DNA from: a virus
Taxonomy: Duplodnaviria; Caudoviricetes
DNA length: 32,892 bases
Direction: 5' to 3' (one strand)
Virus record (IMG/VR): IMGVR_UViG_3300027804_000148
Coordinates: 1-32,892 of that record
Part shown: in pieces, positions 8,224 to 17,364 of the stretch
How positions within the stretch are numbered: position 1 is the first letter of the stretch
How the letters are laid out: each line of letters opens with the position of its first letter
Position numbers and translations under genes: made by a program
Notes under the pieces: model-generated
Seen by the model: the letters and a program-made list of their open reading frames with translations, nothing else
Database searches by the model: none
What the model was told of the DNA's origin: nothing

Positions 8224-9459
8224 ATGCGTAGAAGATCTGGTAGAGGTGGAAGTAGAAAATTTAGTGTTCCAAATCTAAATGGGCTTACAAGATCACAAGC
8301 AATTGCAGCAATTCAGGCTGCAGGTTTTACATATTCAGAATCTCAACAAGAAACAAGTACTTCAGGGTTAAATTTATTTATTAGCCAGCAATCTGTTTCT
8401 GCAGGAACAGTCGTACCACTTGGCTCAACAGTACCTTTTATTTATTATAATTATGTAGAGCCAGCTCCAGTAATTACATATGGACCATGTGAGACATACG
8501 GTAGCCCAATACAAAATTTAGGCAATAGTACAGGATGTTCTGGCAATTTTTATCAAGAGCGTACAACATATAGATATAACACAAGAAAAAAGATTTATTC
8601 TAATGGCTCATGGGACGGATCTTCATATTCAACAGATGGTTGTGGAACAACAGATGTTTTAACTGTTACAAGTAGTAATCAAATAGACGGTTTGTGTGGA
8701 TACACAGCACCACCACCCGCATGCACAATTACATCTTATTCGGCATGGTCTTATGGCAATATTACTTGGAGTGGAAGCTGTCCATCTGGTACAGAGTCTG
8801 GAACAGCAGCATCTAGAAGCAGAACAGATAATTGCGGAAATACATATAATGAAAGCGGAAGTTATTCTGTAACCAGATCTTGCACCCCTCCAGTAACAGT
8901 TACTTATGGTCCATGTCAAGCATATGGAGATGCAATAGGAAGTAGTCCAGTAGGTGGCGGAAGTTATTGTAACGGAACATATACAGTAAATTATCAAACA
9001 TGGCCATATAACGCTAGAAGAACAATTTTGAATAATGGATCTTGGGATGGATATTCATATGACTATAGTTGCGGAGCTATCAATCAGCAAATTATTATAA
9101 GTAATAGCCAGGTAGACGGCTCTTGCGGATATACTACTCCGCCTCCACCATCCACAACTTGGTACTGCACTGAATCCTATAGTGGTGGTGGTGTTGGAAA
9201 TTGCGGATATTCAACATCAACATTTAATAATTCAGCATCTGGATCTGGATATTCTAGACAATGCTCTACTTCTGGATATCCTGCATGTCAGTCTACAAAT
9301 CCAACTCCAGTATGTACATCTTATAAATATCAATGCAAGAGTTATGATGTAACAAATCCAGCAAGCAATAACTACTTCCAATGCTACAATGTGGGAGACT
9401 GTACAGCAAACAATAACTCAGATGGATCTAGAACAACGTGTTGTGCAAGCTATGGGTAA
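8224..9459 (+). CDS. PASTA-domain, cysteine-rich putative tip/adhesin protein
   Basis: VPNLNGLTRSQAIAAIQAAGF...ISQ..SAGTVVPLGSTV = PASTA; 22 Cys in Pro-linked modules; internal repeat. Confidence 0.65.
   Translation: MRRRSGRGGSRKFSVPNLNGLTRSQAIAAIQAAGFTYSESQQETSTSGLNLFISQQSVSAGTVVPLGSTVPFIYYNYVEPAPVITYGPCETYGSPIQNLGNSTGCSGNFYQERTTYRYNTRKKIYSNGSWDGSSYSTDGCGTTDVLTVTSSNQIDGLCGYTAPPPACTITSYSAWSYGNITWSGSCPSGTESGTAASRSRTDNCGNTYNESGSYSVTRSCTPPVTVTYGPCQAYGDAIGSSPVGGGSYCNGTYTVNYQTWPYNARRTILNNGSWDGYSYDYSCGAINQQIIISNSQVDGSCGYTTPPPPSTTWYCTESYSGGGVGNCGYSTSTFNNSASGSGYSRQCSTSGYPACQSTNPTPVCTSYKYQCKSYDVTNPASNNYFQCYNVGDCTANNNSDGSRTTCCASYG
8467..9150 (+). repeat. Two copies of an ~85-aa 4-Cys module (about 8467-8718 and 8890-9150)
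   Basis: TYGPCxxYG...C.G....YN.R..I..NGSWDG.SY...CG...S.Q.DG.CGYT.PPP in both copies. Confidence 0.8.
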
Positions 9460-9469
9460 ATTTAAAGTA

Positions 9470-9498
9470 TTTACAAAATTTAACAGAAAAGGTATAAT
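9470..9498 (+). promoter_or_regulatory. Near-consensus promoter, leaderless
   Basis: TTTACA-17-TATAAT; ATG 9505 follows 6 nt after the -10, with no SD. Confidence 0.7.
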
Positions 9499-9504
9499 CT
9501 ATAG

Positions 9505-9888
9505 ATGATTAATTTACAAGAAGAAGACTGGTTTATTCCAGGAGTAAAAATAGCCAAAGTTGCCGCAGGCGAATCGGCAAAACAAGTGGCAGTCATTATA
9601 GATGGCCAGATAGCATTCTTTATTGGTGTAAAAGAAGAAATTGCTAATAAGCTATTAAACGCAACAAGTTTTTTAGAGTGTGAATCTGTAAATGGACTGT
9701 TCTGCACATCATTTGTGATTGACACAACAGTTGATCAAATTTTATCTAACGAAATGACACAGGCCGCATTACTTTCAAGTCCAGAATTTGTTTTGGTTGA
9801 CAAGGATATTCAAAGGCATGCTGAATTAGCAGAGGCTGGTTGGCTATATCAAGATGGTCAATTTATAGTTCCAGGGGTATACGAATGA
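9505..9888 (+). CDS. Hypothetical protein, possible tail-fibre assembly chaperone
   Basis: VAVIIDG and C-terminal GWLYQDGQFIVP resembling the GWxYxxGxFxxP motif of Tfa-like proteins; follows a fibre/tip pair. Confidence 0.4.
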   Translation: MINLQEEDWFIPGVKIAKVAAGESAKQVAVIIDGQIAFFIGVKEEIANKLLNATSFLECESVNGLFCTSFVIDTTVDQILSNEMTQAALLSSPEFVLVDKDIQRHAELAEAGWLYQDGQFIVPGVYE

Positions 9889-10121
9889 CAGAAAAAAGTA
9901 GATGGCAGCAGTATAAAGAAAAATTAGGAGACACTAGGCCGTGGGATCTTCTTAATCCAAATACAGAGTATGCTCAAGAAGCAGAGGCTGATAGAAGATA
10001 TGATATTTGCAAAGCCTGTCCAGAACTTATAGATTTAACAAAGCAGTGTAAACAATGCGGTTGTATTATGTCTTTAAAAACCAAGCTACAGCATGCTACC
10101 TGCCCATTAGGAAAATGGTAA
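9885..10121 (+). CDS. Small Cys-rich metal-binding/redox protein (DUF6171-like)
   Basis: R..ICKACPE...QCKQCGCIM..K.KL..ATCPLGKW; start ATG 9885 overlaps the upstream TGA (ATGA). Confidence 0.65.
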   Translation: MTEKSRWQQYKEKLGDTRPWDLLNPNTEYAQEAEADRRYDICKACPELIDLTKQCKQCGCIMSLKTKLQHATCPLGKW

Positions 10122-10140
10122 TACTGAATAGATTTTAAGG

Positions 10141-10146
10141 TATAAT
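10141..10146 (+). promoter_or_regulatory. -10 box upstream of fibre 2
   Basis: AGG-TATAAT in the intergenic gap, followed by AAAGAGGT RBS. Confidence 0.5.
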
Positions 10147-10166
10147 AGGGAAAGAGGTATACGTAA

Positions 10167-12869
10167 ATGGCAACAAATTTCCCAGAGGATTTAGATTCTC
10201 TAGTTAACCCGCAATCTACGGATTCGGTTCAAGCGGTTTCGCATTCAGCGCAACACGCCAATGCCAACGACGCAATTGAGGCTTTACAGGCCAAGGTAGG
10301 CGTTGATGGATCAACCGTAACCACCAGCCTTGATTATAGAATAGCTGCCCTTGAAGGCGCATCTGTTGATACAGAAGCCATACAGGATATTGTGGGCGGT
10401 GTTTTAACAGCTGGAACACATGATGGAATTACCGTCACATATGACGATGAAAATAATAAAATAAACTTATCTGCGACCTATAGCAATGAAATGGCTATGG
10501 ACGCAATTGCTACAGCATTAACGGCGGGAAGTGGGATATTAAAATCCTATGACGACGAAGCTAATACAATTACCTTATCTGTTGACACATCTTCAATAGC
10601 CACACAATCTTATGTTACTACAGCAATATCTAATTTAGTAGATGCCGCACCAGGACTTTTAGACACTCTTAATGAAATTGCTGCTGCAATTGGAGACGAC
10701 GCTAATTTTGCAACCACGGTAAATAATGCAATATCAAATGCAATAACTACAGCAAATGAATATACTGACGAAGCAGTAGCTAGCTTAGGAAACTCACTAC
10801 CAGATTTATATGTTCCAATTTCAGATGTTGGAAACGCTGATGGCGTAGCATCACTTGGCCCAGACGGGTTTGTTCCAGATTCAGAATTAAATATTGATGA
10901 GCGAATTCAAGATACTGCCGCTCTTATGCTTACAAGCGCAACGCACACAAATGTAACAGTTAATTATGATGATCAAACTGGTAGGCTAAGCTTATCTTCA
11001 ACAGGCGGAACTTCTGCTGATATATCTGCTAATGCTCCAGCAAATCCAAATGTTGGAGACCTATGGTTAGATTCAGACACAGCAATACTTTATATTTATG
11101 ACGGAAGCTTTTGGGTAGAAATTTCTGGCTCAGGTGGTGGCGGAGGAACTGGTGGAACAGGCGGAGGATTTACAGCATCTGCAACTGCACCATCTTCACC
11201 AGAAGAAGGGTCTGCATGGTTTGATACAGTAAATGCAAAACTCTATGTATACTACGATTCATTTTGGATTGAAGCAGTTGCTTCAGGTCCAACAGGTCCA
11301 GAAGGCCCAGCATTTGTAAATTATCAAGGTAATTATAATTCTGCGGTTTCTTATACATTACATGATGGTGTAACGTATCAAGGATCTCTATGGAGATTAA
11401 ATGAAAATTTAAGTTTAGCAGGAGTAGCACCTTCAACTCCAAATTGGCAAAAAGTTGTACATAAAGGCGACAAGGGTGAAACTGGAGAGATTAGTGTTGG
11501 TACAGTTACAACGGTTCTTCATGGACAACCAGCAACAGTAACAAATACTGGCACTACAATAGATGCCGTTTTAGATTTTGAAATTCCAGCAGGTCGTGCT
11601 TCTACCATAACAGTAGGAGCTGTAGATAATGTTGACTTTGGCCAACCACTAACAGTTGTAAATAGCGGAGATGTTTCTGACGCAGTATTCGACTTTGAGA
11701 TTCCAGCAGGTAGAGCAGCTACAATTCAAGTTGGTACAGTAGATGATGTTCTTTATGGAAATCCGCCAACAGTAACAAATTCTGGTACAACTAGCGATGC
11801 TACATTAGATTTTGAGATTCCCGCAGGTAGGGCGGCAACAATAGCAATTGGTGAAGTTGATACAGTAGTTGATGGCAACCCAGCAACTGTAACAAATTCA
11901 GGAACTACAAGCGATGCGGTATTTGATTTTCAGATTCCAGCAGGCCCTAGATCAACAATTGTTGTCGGAGATGTAGTAGATGTAGATTTTGGTAATCCTT
12001 CAACTGTTACAAATGTTGGAACCACAAGTGATGCCATATTTGATTTTGAATTGCAGACTGGTAGAGCATCAACCCTTGCAATAGGCACAGTAACAACTGG
12101 ATCATATGCATCACAGGCAACAGTTACAAATGCAGGCACATCATCTGATGCTATATTTAATTTTTCAATACCACAAGGTATTCCTGGAGACTTCCAGCCT
12201 GGAGCAAATCCTCCAGCTAATCCATTAACTGGGCAGGTTTGGTATAACACAACTACTGGAAGAGCATATATTTACTATGACGGATTTTGGATTGAGTTTT
12301 CTCCAGGATTTACTGGACAGCAGGGCCCAGCAGGTCCAGCAGGAACAAATGGTTCCGACGGTGCAGACGGTGCCGATGGTGCAGGATTTGGAATTTATTA
12401 TTTAGGAAACTATGTTCCAACAAATGGATATCTACCAGACGTAGCGGTAGTTAGAGGTTCAGATGGACAACTGTACCTTGCTAAAGCAAGCGGACAGCTT
12501 GGAGACCCAGTTGATTATCAAAACAATGGACAGTGGGAAGTTTGGATACCAAAAGGTGAAGACGGAGCAACTGGTCCAGCAGGCTCAATAACTCCATTAG
12601 CAGTTTCTTCAAATATAACATTAGAAAAAGATTACTCTTATTTTGTAGATACATCTGCAGCAAGAAATCTTACTCTTCCTGCCACCCCGTCACTTGGAGA
12701 TACTTTAACTATATATGATGCATATGGGACGGCGGCTACAAATAATATTACAATAGCTAGAAACGGAAGTAAGATTAATGGACAAACACTTGATGCTATA
12801 ATTGACGTAGATCAAGCAATATCAATATTTGTCTACACAGGCACAACTTTAGGTTGGAGGTTCGATTAA
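10167..12869 (+). CDS. Tail fibre 2, mosaic protein with collagen-like segments
   Basis: MATNFP..LD...H..QHANANDAIEALQAKVG N-terminus; APGLLDTLNEIAAAIGDD; three P..GxxWxD/N....YxYYDxFWxE modules; GXY triplets; C-terminal YFVDTS..LTLPATPSLGD..NNITIARNGSKING..VY.G...GW domain. Confidence 0.8.
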   Translation: MATNFPEDLDSLVNPQSTDSVQAVSHSAQHANANDAIEALQAKVGVDGSTVTTSLDYRIAALEGASVDTEAIQDIVGGVLTAGTHDGITVTYDDENNKINLSATYSNEMAMDAIATALTAGSGILKSYDDEANTITLSVDTSSIATQSYVTTAISNLVDAAPGLLDTLNEIAAAIGDDANFATTVNNAISNAITTANEYTDEAVASLGNSLPDLYVPISDVGNADGVASLGPDGFVPDSELNIDERIQDTAALMLTSATHTNVTVNYDDQTGRLSLSSTGGTSADISANAPANPNVGDLWLDSDTAILYIYDGSFWVEISGSGGGGGTGGTGGGFTASATAPSSPEEGSAWFDTVNAKLYVYYDSFWIEAVASGPTGPEGPAFVNYQGNYNSAVSYTLHDGVTYQGSLWRLNENLSLAGVAPSTPNWQKVVHKGDKGETGEISVGTVTTVLHGQPATVTNTGTTIDAVLDFEIPAGRASTITVGAVDNVDFGQPLTVVNSGDVSDAVFDFEIPAGRAATIQVGTVDDVLYGNPPTVTNSGTTSDATLDFEIPAGRAATIAIGEVDTVVDGNPATVTNSGTTSDAVFDFQIPAGPRSTIVVGDVVDVDFGNPSTVTNVGTTSDAIFDFELQTGRASTLAIGTVTTGSYASQATVTNAGTSSDAIFNFSIPQGIPGDFQPGANPPANPLTGQVWYNTTTGRAYIYYDGFWIEFSPGFTGQQGPAGPAGTNGSDGADGADGAGFGIYYLGNYVPTNGYLPDVAVVRGSDGQLYLAKASGQLGDPVDYQNNGQWEVWIPKGEDGATGPAGSITPLAVSSNITLEKDYSYFVDTSAARNLTLPATPSLGDTLTIYDAYGTAATNNITIARNGSKINGQTLDAIIDVDQAISIFVYTGTTLGWRFD
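11487..12180 (+). repeat. Six tandem 39-aa (117-nt) repeats in fibre 2
   Basis: TIxVGxVxxVxxGxPxTVTNxGTTSDAxFDFxIPAGRA; TTCCAGCAGG recurs at 11584 and 11701 (117 nt apart). Confidence 0.9.
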
Positions 12870-14740
12870 TGGCTATTAGAAAGTCATCAAATTCAGGAAT
12901 ACCTTTTGGCAATACTGCAGGTCGTCCTGCATCTGCATCTACTGGTCAGCCATACTTTAATGGTGAATTACAAAGACTTGAATTATATACTGGTTCAACT
13001 TATGGCTGGCAAAATATTGTTGCCGAAACTCCAGGAGTAACTGGCTATGTCGGTTCTATTTTAGAATCAAACTCAACTAATACTATAACTATTACAGGAA
13101 CCCAGTTTGCACCTGGAGCTACGGCATCTTTAGTCGGTACAGACGGAACAGAATATATTGCAGATAGTACAACTGTGGATAATCTAACATCAATTACAGC
13201 AGTATTTGGAATGATTTCTGCTAGTAAAGAGCCTTATGACATAAAAATTACAAATCCATCTAACTTATATGGTGTTTATTATGATATTCTTACAGTTAAT
13301 GATTCACCAATATGGCAAACAGCAGCTGGAACTTTAGGAACATTTAATGAAGGAGCATCAGTATCTTTATCAGTTTCTGCAACTGATGAAGAAAATACTG
13401 CAATGTCCTATTCTGTTTCTTCAGGATCCTTGCCATCAGGAATTTCTTTAAACTCATCAACAGGAGCAATTACTGGTACACTTTCGGGCGTTGGTTCTAC
13501 AACAACATATTCTTTTAATATTAGTGCTTCTGACGGAAATAATAGTAGTCCTAGATCATTTTCGATAACGGTAAATGCTTTAAGTCCAGTCTGGGTAACT
13601 TCTGGAACTATTACAACAATTGGTAATGGATCTGCTTATTCATATCAACTACAAGCAACTGATGCATCTTTATTAACATATTCTATAGTTTCTGGATCTT
13701 TGCCATCTGGAATAACATTATCATCTTCTGGTTTAATTAGTGGAACAACAACAGCAATAACAACGTCAACAGGAAATCTATCTATTACATTTAGAGCAAC
13801 AGACGAATTTGGAAATTTTACAAATAGAACTTTGACAGTCCCAACATCTCTATATAACTTTACATCTCATGAATTTACAACTGCTGGAATATCTGGATAC
13901 CAAGGACCAACACTATCACAAGTAAGGTCAGCGTACACCACTACTTGGGATGAAACATATTTAAATATGACAACACAAGGAATTCAAGAGTGGACAGTTC
14001 CATCTTCTGGAAATTATTATGTTGATGCTTATGGAGCAGGTGGAGGTGGAGTTTCTGGAGGTACTGGAGCTAGAATTGCTGATACATTCACATTGTCTGC
14101 TGGAGAAGTAATAAGAATTCTTGTTGGTCAGCATGGAGGAGATGATGGTAGTGGTGCTTCATCAGGTGGAGGAGGAACATTTGTTATTAAATCTACAGGC
14201 AATACAAATTCAGATATTTTAGTAGTTGCTGGAGGCGGTGGTGGCTCAGAAGGAGATTCTTCTGGAAGAGTAGTAGCAAATGCAGATACTGGTTCTGATG
14301 GTAAGGGTGGATATAATACTGGAACTTATAATACAACTGGTGGTGGATCTGGTGGTACAAATGGTAATGGTGGAAATGCTGCACAAAACGACAACTGTGG
14401 CGGCGGAGGCGGTGGATTTTTTACAAATGGTCAAAATAACCCAACATGGGGAAACGTTGGAGGAAAATCTTTTATTAGCGGTGGATTAGGCGCACAACCA
14501 GGATCAAGAAATATATACGGTGGTTTTGGAGGCGGTGGAGAAGGTGGACGACAGAGTGGAGGCGGAGGAGCAGGTGCAGGTGGAGGATATTCTGGCGGTG
14601 GTGGTGGAGATAACGCTGGAGGTTCTCAAGGCGGAGGCGGAGGCTCATATTATGCAAACGGATTGAATATAAATAGAGTTTTATCTTCTACTGGAACCAA
14701 CAGAGTCACTCATGGAAAAGTTATTATTACAAAATTATGA
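12869..14740 (+). CDS. Tip/adhesin 2: IPT-like + two Ig (He_PIG-like) domains + ALK/LTK-like glycine-rich domain
   Basis: SGSLPSGISLNSSTGAITGT and SGSLPSGITLSSSGLISGT (Ig repeats); FTTAG.SG..GPT, GIQEWTVP, ILVGQ, GGGGTFV, LVVAGGGGG, G.V.IT. Start 12869 by TAATG overlap with GGAGG RBS. Confidence 0.75.
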   Translation: MAIRKSSNSGIPFGNTAGRPASASTGQPYFNGELQRLELYTGSTYGWQNIVAETPGVTGYVGSILESNSTNTITITGTQFAPGATASLVGTDGTEYIADSTTVDNLTSITAVFGMISASKEPYDIKITNPSNLYGVYYDILTVNDSPIWQTAAGTLGTFNEGASVSLSVSATDEENTAMSYSVSSGSLPSGISLNSSTGAITGTLSGVGSTTTYSFNISASDGNNSSPRSFSITVNALSPVWVTSGTITTIGNGSAYSYQLQATDASLLTYSIVSGSLPSGITLSSSGLISGTTTAITTSTGNLSITFRATDEFGNFTNRTLTVPTSLYNFTSHEFTTAGISGYQGPTLSQVRSAYTTTWDETYLNMTTQGIQEWTVPSSGNYYVDAYGAGGGGVSGGTGARIADTFTLSAGEVIRILVGQHGGDDGSGASSGGGGTFVIKSTGNTNSDILVVAGGGGGSEGDSSGRVVANADTGSDGKGGYNTGTYNTTGGGSGGTNGNGGNAAQNDNCGGGGGGFFTNGQNNPTWGNVGGKSFISGGLGAQPGSRNIYGGFGGGGEGGRQSGGGGAGAGGGYSGGGGGDNAGGSQGGGGGSYYANGLNINRVLSSTGTNRVTHGKVIITKL

Positions 14741-14753
14741 TAAGGAGAAAAGC

Positions 14754-14822
14754 ATGAATATATATAAATTAGCATTAACAAATGAATATAGCTATTTTAA
14801 TGTATACCGTGCTATACTTTAG
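14754..14822 (+). pseudogene. 22-codon mini-ORF or gene remnant (MNIYKLALTNEYSYFNVYRAIL)
   Basis: TAAGGAG RBS at 14741-14747, ATG 14754, TAG 14820-14822; runs into the next promoter. Confidence 0.35.
14810..14818 (+). promoter_or_regulatory. Extended -10 promoter, leaderless
   Basis: TGC-TATACT, 7 nt before ATG 14826. Confidence 0.6.
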
Positions 14823-14825
14823 ACT

Positions 14826-15188
14826 ATGCCAGCATTAGATTTTCCAGCCAATCCCGTCGCAGGACAGCTTTTTGCTACCGACGATAGAACCTGGACTTGG
14901 AACGGCACAACGTGGGACTCTGTTGCAGGAGAAAGTAGCGGCGGAGGCAATGCAACAGATATTGGAGTTTTTTACGGTTTTAAAACAAGCAATGATCTTG
15001 GAAGGTTATATCTTCAGGTAACAGATGATGGATCTAAAGTAGTTCTTCCACAGAGTAGTATATATTCGAACGGTATTCGAGTTCGTAAAAATGACGAATA
15101 CAAAGAGTGGATATTCACGACAATTCCATTACAATTTGAATGGGATACAGAGAATCCATCACACTTACTAGTAGAGGTAGGAGCATAG
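14826..15188 (+). CDS. Fibre adaptor protein (fusion of domains that are separate in 21866 and 22984)
   Basis: N-terminal LDFPANP..GQ......TWTWNGTTW matches 21866; C-terminal FYG.....GRLY....LP...DEY.EW...F.WDT....L..EV matches 22984. Confidence 0.6.
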   Translation: MPALDFPANPVAGQLFATDDRTWTWNGTTWDSVAGESSGGGNATDIGVFYGFKTSNDLGRLYLQVTDDGSKVVLPQSSIYSNGIRVRKNDEYKEWIFTTIPLQFEWDTENPSHLLVEVGA

Positions 15189-15191
15189 CAA

Positions 15192-17354
15192 ATGGCAACA
15201 CAATTAATCGATTTAGGTAACCTTCGCTTCATTTGGAAGGGTGATCATGATCCAACAGACACATACGAACTAAATGACGTAGTTCGTTATAACAACATTG
15301 TATGGGTATATACTAATCAAATCCCTGCAGCAAATATTCAAATTACAAACACAAACTATTGGTCACGCATGGTTGAGGGATCAGAAATTCCTCCAACAGA
15401 AAATCAGGCTGGTAAAGTTCTTAAGACCGACGGCACCCTCACATTTTGGTCTGACTCATTCGATACATTCTTAATTGGTGCAGATATTACAGATTTTATT
15501 ACATCAGCAACATTGACAGATGTTGCACTTGGTATTGAAGGATCCTCTACATCTTTCGTACAAACAGCTTTAGTTAATACAGGATCTGGTGCATCTTCAT
15601 CTGCCGACTTTATTGCATATGCCTCAAACGGAACTAATGAGTCAGGTTGGATTGACATGGGTATTACCAACCAATCATTTAATGATCCAACATTTTCATT
15701 GACAGGTCCTGGTGATGGCTATATCTTTATGTCTGGTGCTATCGCTGGTGTTGTTACAGTCTCACAATACAGCGTAGCTGGAACTAGCTTAAACTTAATT
15801 TCATCATCTCCTCATGGAATGATTGCTGGAGTTATTTTTGATTTAGTTCTTCCAGTAGCACCAACACTTGAAGGTCGCTATACAGTAGTTTCAGCACCAA
15901 GTACAACACAAGTAGTAGTTGCAACACCTGGTTCATATACAGGAGGAAACGTTGCACTAACATCTGTTATTAACTCACAGATGAACAAATTTACTGGAGA
16001 CGGCAACTTAGTGTTTGCAACAGACTCAACAGGTCTTTCAAATAATATTATTGTTGCATCAGGTGGACTTCAAAGTGGTAGTGAACAAATGGTATTTACT
16101 CCAGATGAAGGAATTGAAATTTACGATGAGATTTTCTTTGGAACTGGCGCAAAATCATTTAGTTCAAACGCTGAACTAACAAATCCAGCAGCCGTATTTG
16201 AGCTTAATGGATCACCATATGCTCAGATAGCAATTCATAACAATTCAACAAACTCATCAACAGATTATATTGCATATACAAATAACGGTACAGATGCTGC
16301 TGGTTGGATTGATATGGGTATCACTGGTTCAACATTTAGTCAGTCTACTTATGGTATTACTGGGCCTCATGATGGTTATATTTTCTTAGAAGCACCAGCA
16401 GGAACTCCAGGATATGGAAACTTAGTTCTTGCAACAGGAGCAAATGGTTCTCAAAATAGAATTGTTTTTGCCGCTGGAGGATATGATACTGGAAATGAAC
16501 AAATGGTCATTATCCCAGATGATCGTGTACACATTGAAATTCCAACTGCTTCAACATCGCCATCAACAGGTGCGCTTACCGTAGTCGGTGGCGTAGGTAT
16601 TCAAGGTGACGTAAACATCGCTGGTAATCTTTCCTTCGGTGGTTCAGGTTCACAGACAGGTGTGCAGACACTCGAAGTAGCCTTCCCTATCGTATTCGTC
16701 GGCGACGGAAACGCAGGAGACGCAATCGACCTTGGTCTTGTAGGAGAATATAAGGTTGGAGCAGCTACAAAATATGCTGGTGTAGTTCGTGATGCAACAG
16801 ATGGAACAATAAAAATATTTAAAGATGCAGCAAACAAGCCAACCAATGCTGTAGATTTTGCTCAGGCTGGCCTCGCATATGCTGATGTTAGAATGGGCGC
16901 TCTTACTTCAGGTGCTATTACAGCAGGCGTAGTTTCAGCTACATCTTTAACAACTACTGGTGGAATCACAATATCTGGAACCTCAGATATCCAAGAAATG
17001 CGTGAGCAGGTAGTAAATGTAACTCTTGCATCAAATGTCGCAACTCTTGACTGGACAGCAGGTAATATTTACTATGTTGGAACAGCCCCAACAGGTAATA
17101 TGACATTCAATGTAACTAATATGCCTACAGACAACGATAAGATCATGACAGTTAACGTCCTTGTTACACAAGGTTCAACTGGATATATCCCAACCACATT
17201 TCAGGTTGCTGGTACAAATGCGACTCTTCGTTGGCCAAACGGTTCAGCACCAACTGCAACAAGTTCTGCAGGAAAGATTGATATATTCACATTCAACTTG
17301 CTTAGAACAGGCAGCTCCTGGATTATCTTTGCAAACTCAAATCTAAATTACTAG
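15192..17354 (+). CDS. Tail fibre 3 (paralogue of fibre 4)
   Basis: DLGNLRFIWKG....Y..NDVV.Y; AGKVLKTDG; two GWIDMGIT..GP.DGYIF..GNLV.AT repeats; STSPSTGALTVVGGVGI; C-terminal GKIDIFTF domain. Confidence 0.78.
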   Translation: MATQLIDLGNLRFIWKGDHDPTDTYELNDVVRYNNIVWVYTNQIPAANIQITNTNYWSRMVEGSEIPPTENQAGKVLKTDGTLTFWSDSFDTFLIGADITDFITSATLTDVALGIEGSSTSFVQTALVNTGSGASSSADFIAYASNGTNESGWIDMGITNQSFNDPTFSLTGPGDGYIFMSGAIAGVVTVSQYSVAGTSLNLISSSPHGMIAGVIFDLVLPVAPTLEGRYTVVSAPSTTQVVVATPGSYTGGNVALTSVINSQMNKFTGDGNLVFATDSTGLSNNIIVASGGLQSGSEQMVFTPDEGIEIYDEIFFGTGAKSFSSNAELTNPAAVFELNGSPYAQIAIHNNSTNSSTDYIAYTNNGTDAAGWIDMGITGSTFSQSTYGITGPHDGYIFLEAPAGTPGYGNLVLATGANGSQNRIVFAAGGYDTGNEQMVIIPDDRVHIEIPTASTSPSTGALTVVGGVGIQGDVNIAGNLSFGGSGSQTGVQTLEVAFPIVFVGDGNAGDAIDLGLVGEYKVGAATKYAGVVRDATDGTIKIFKDAANKPTNAVDFAQAGLAYADVRMGALTSGAITAGVVSATSLTTTGGITISGTSDIQEMREQVVNVTLASNVATLDWTAGNIYYVGTAPTGNMTFNVTNMPTDNDKIMTVNVLVTQGSTGYIPTTFQVAGTNATLRWPNGSAPTATSSAGKIDIFTFNLLRTGSSWIIFANSNLNY

Positions 17355-17364
17355 GAGAATATAA

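Noticed and set aside
11487-12180. CRISPR-like array
   Set aside because: The repeats are in-frame, degenerate at third positions and have no unique spacers.
12854-12868. Extended starts in the ORF track (1613, 9840, 12854, 20032)
   Set aside because: Downstream ATGs (1625, 9885, 12869, 20056) fit RBS spacing or stop/start coupling better.
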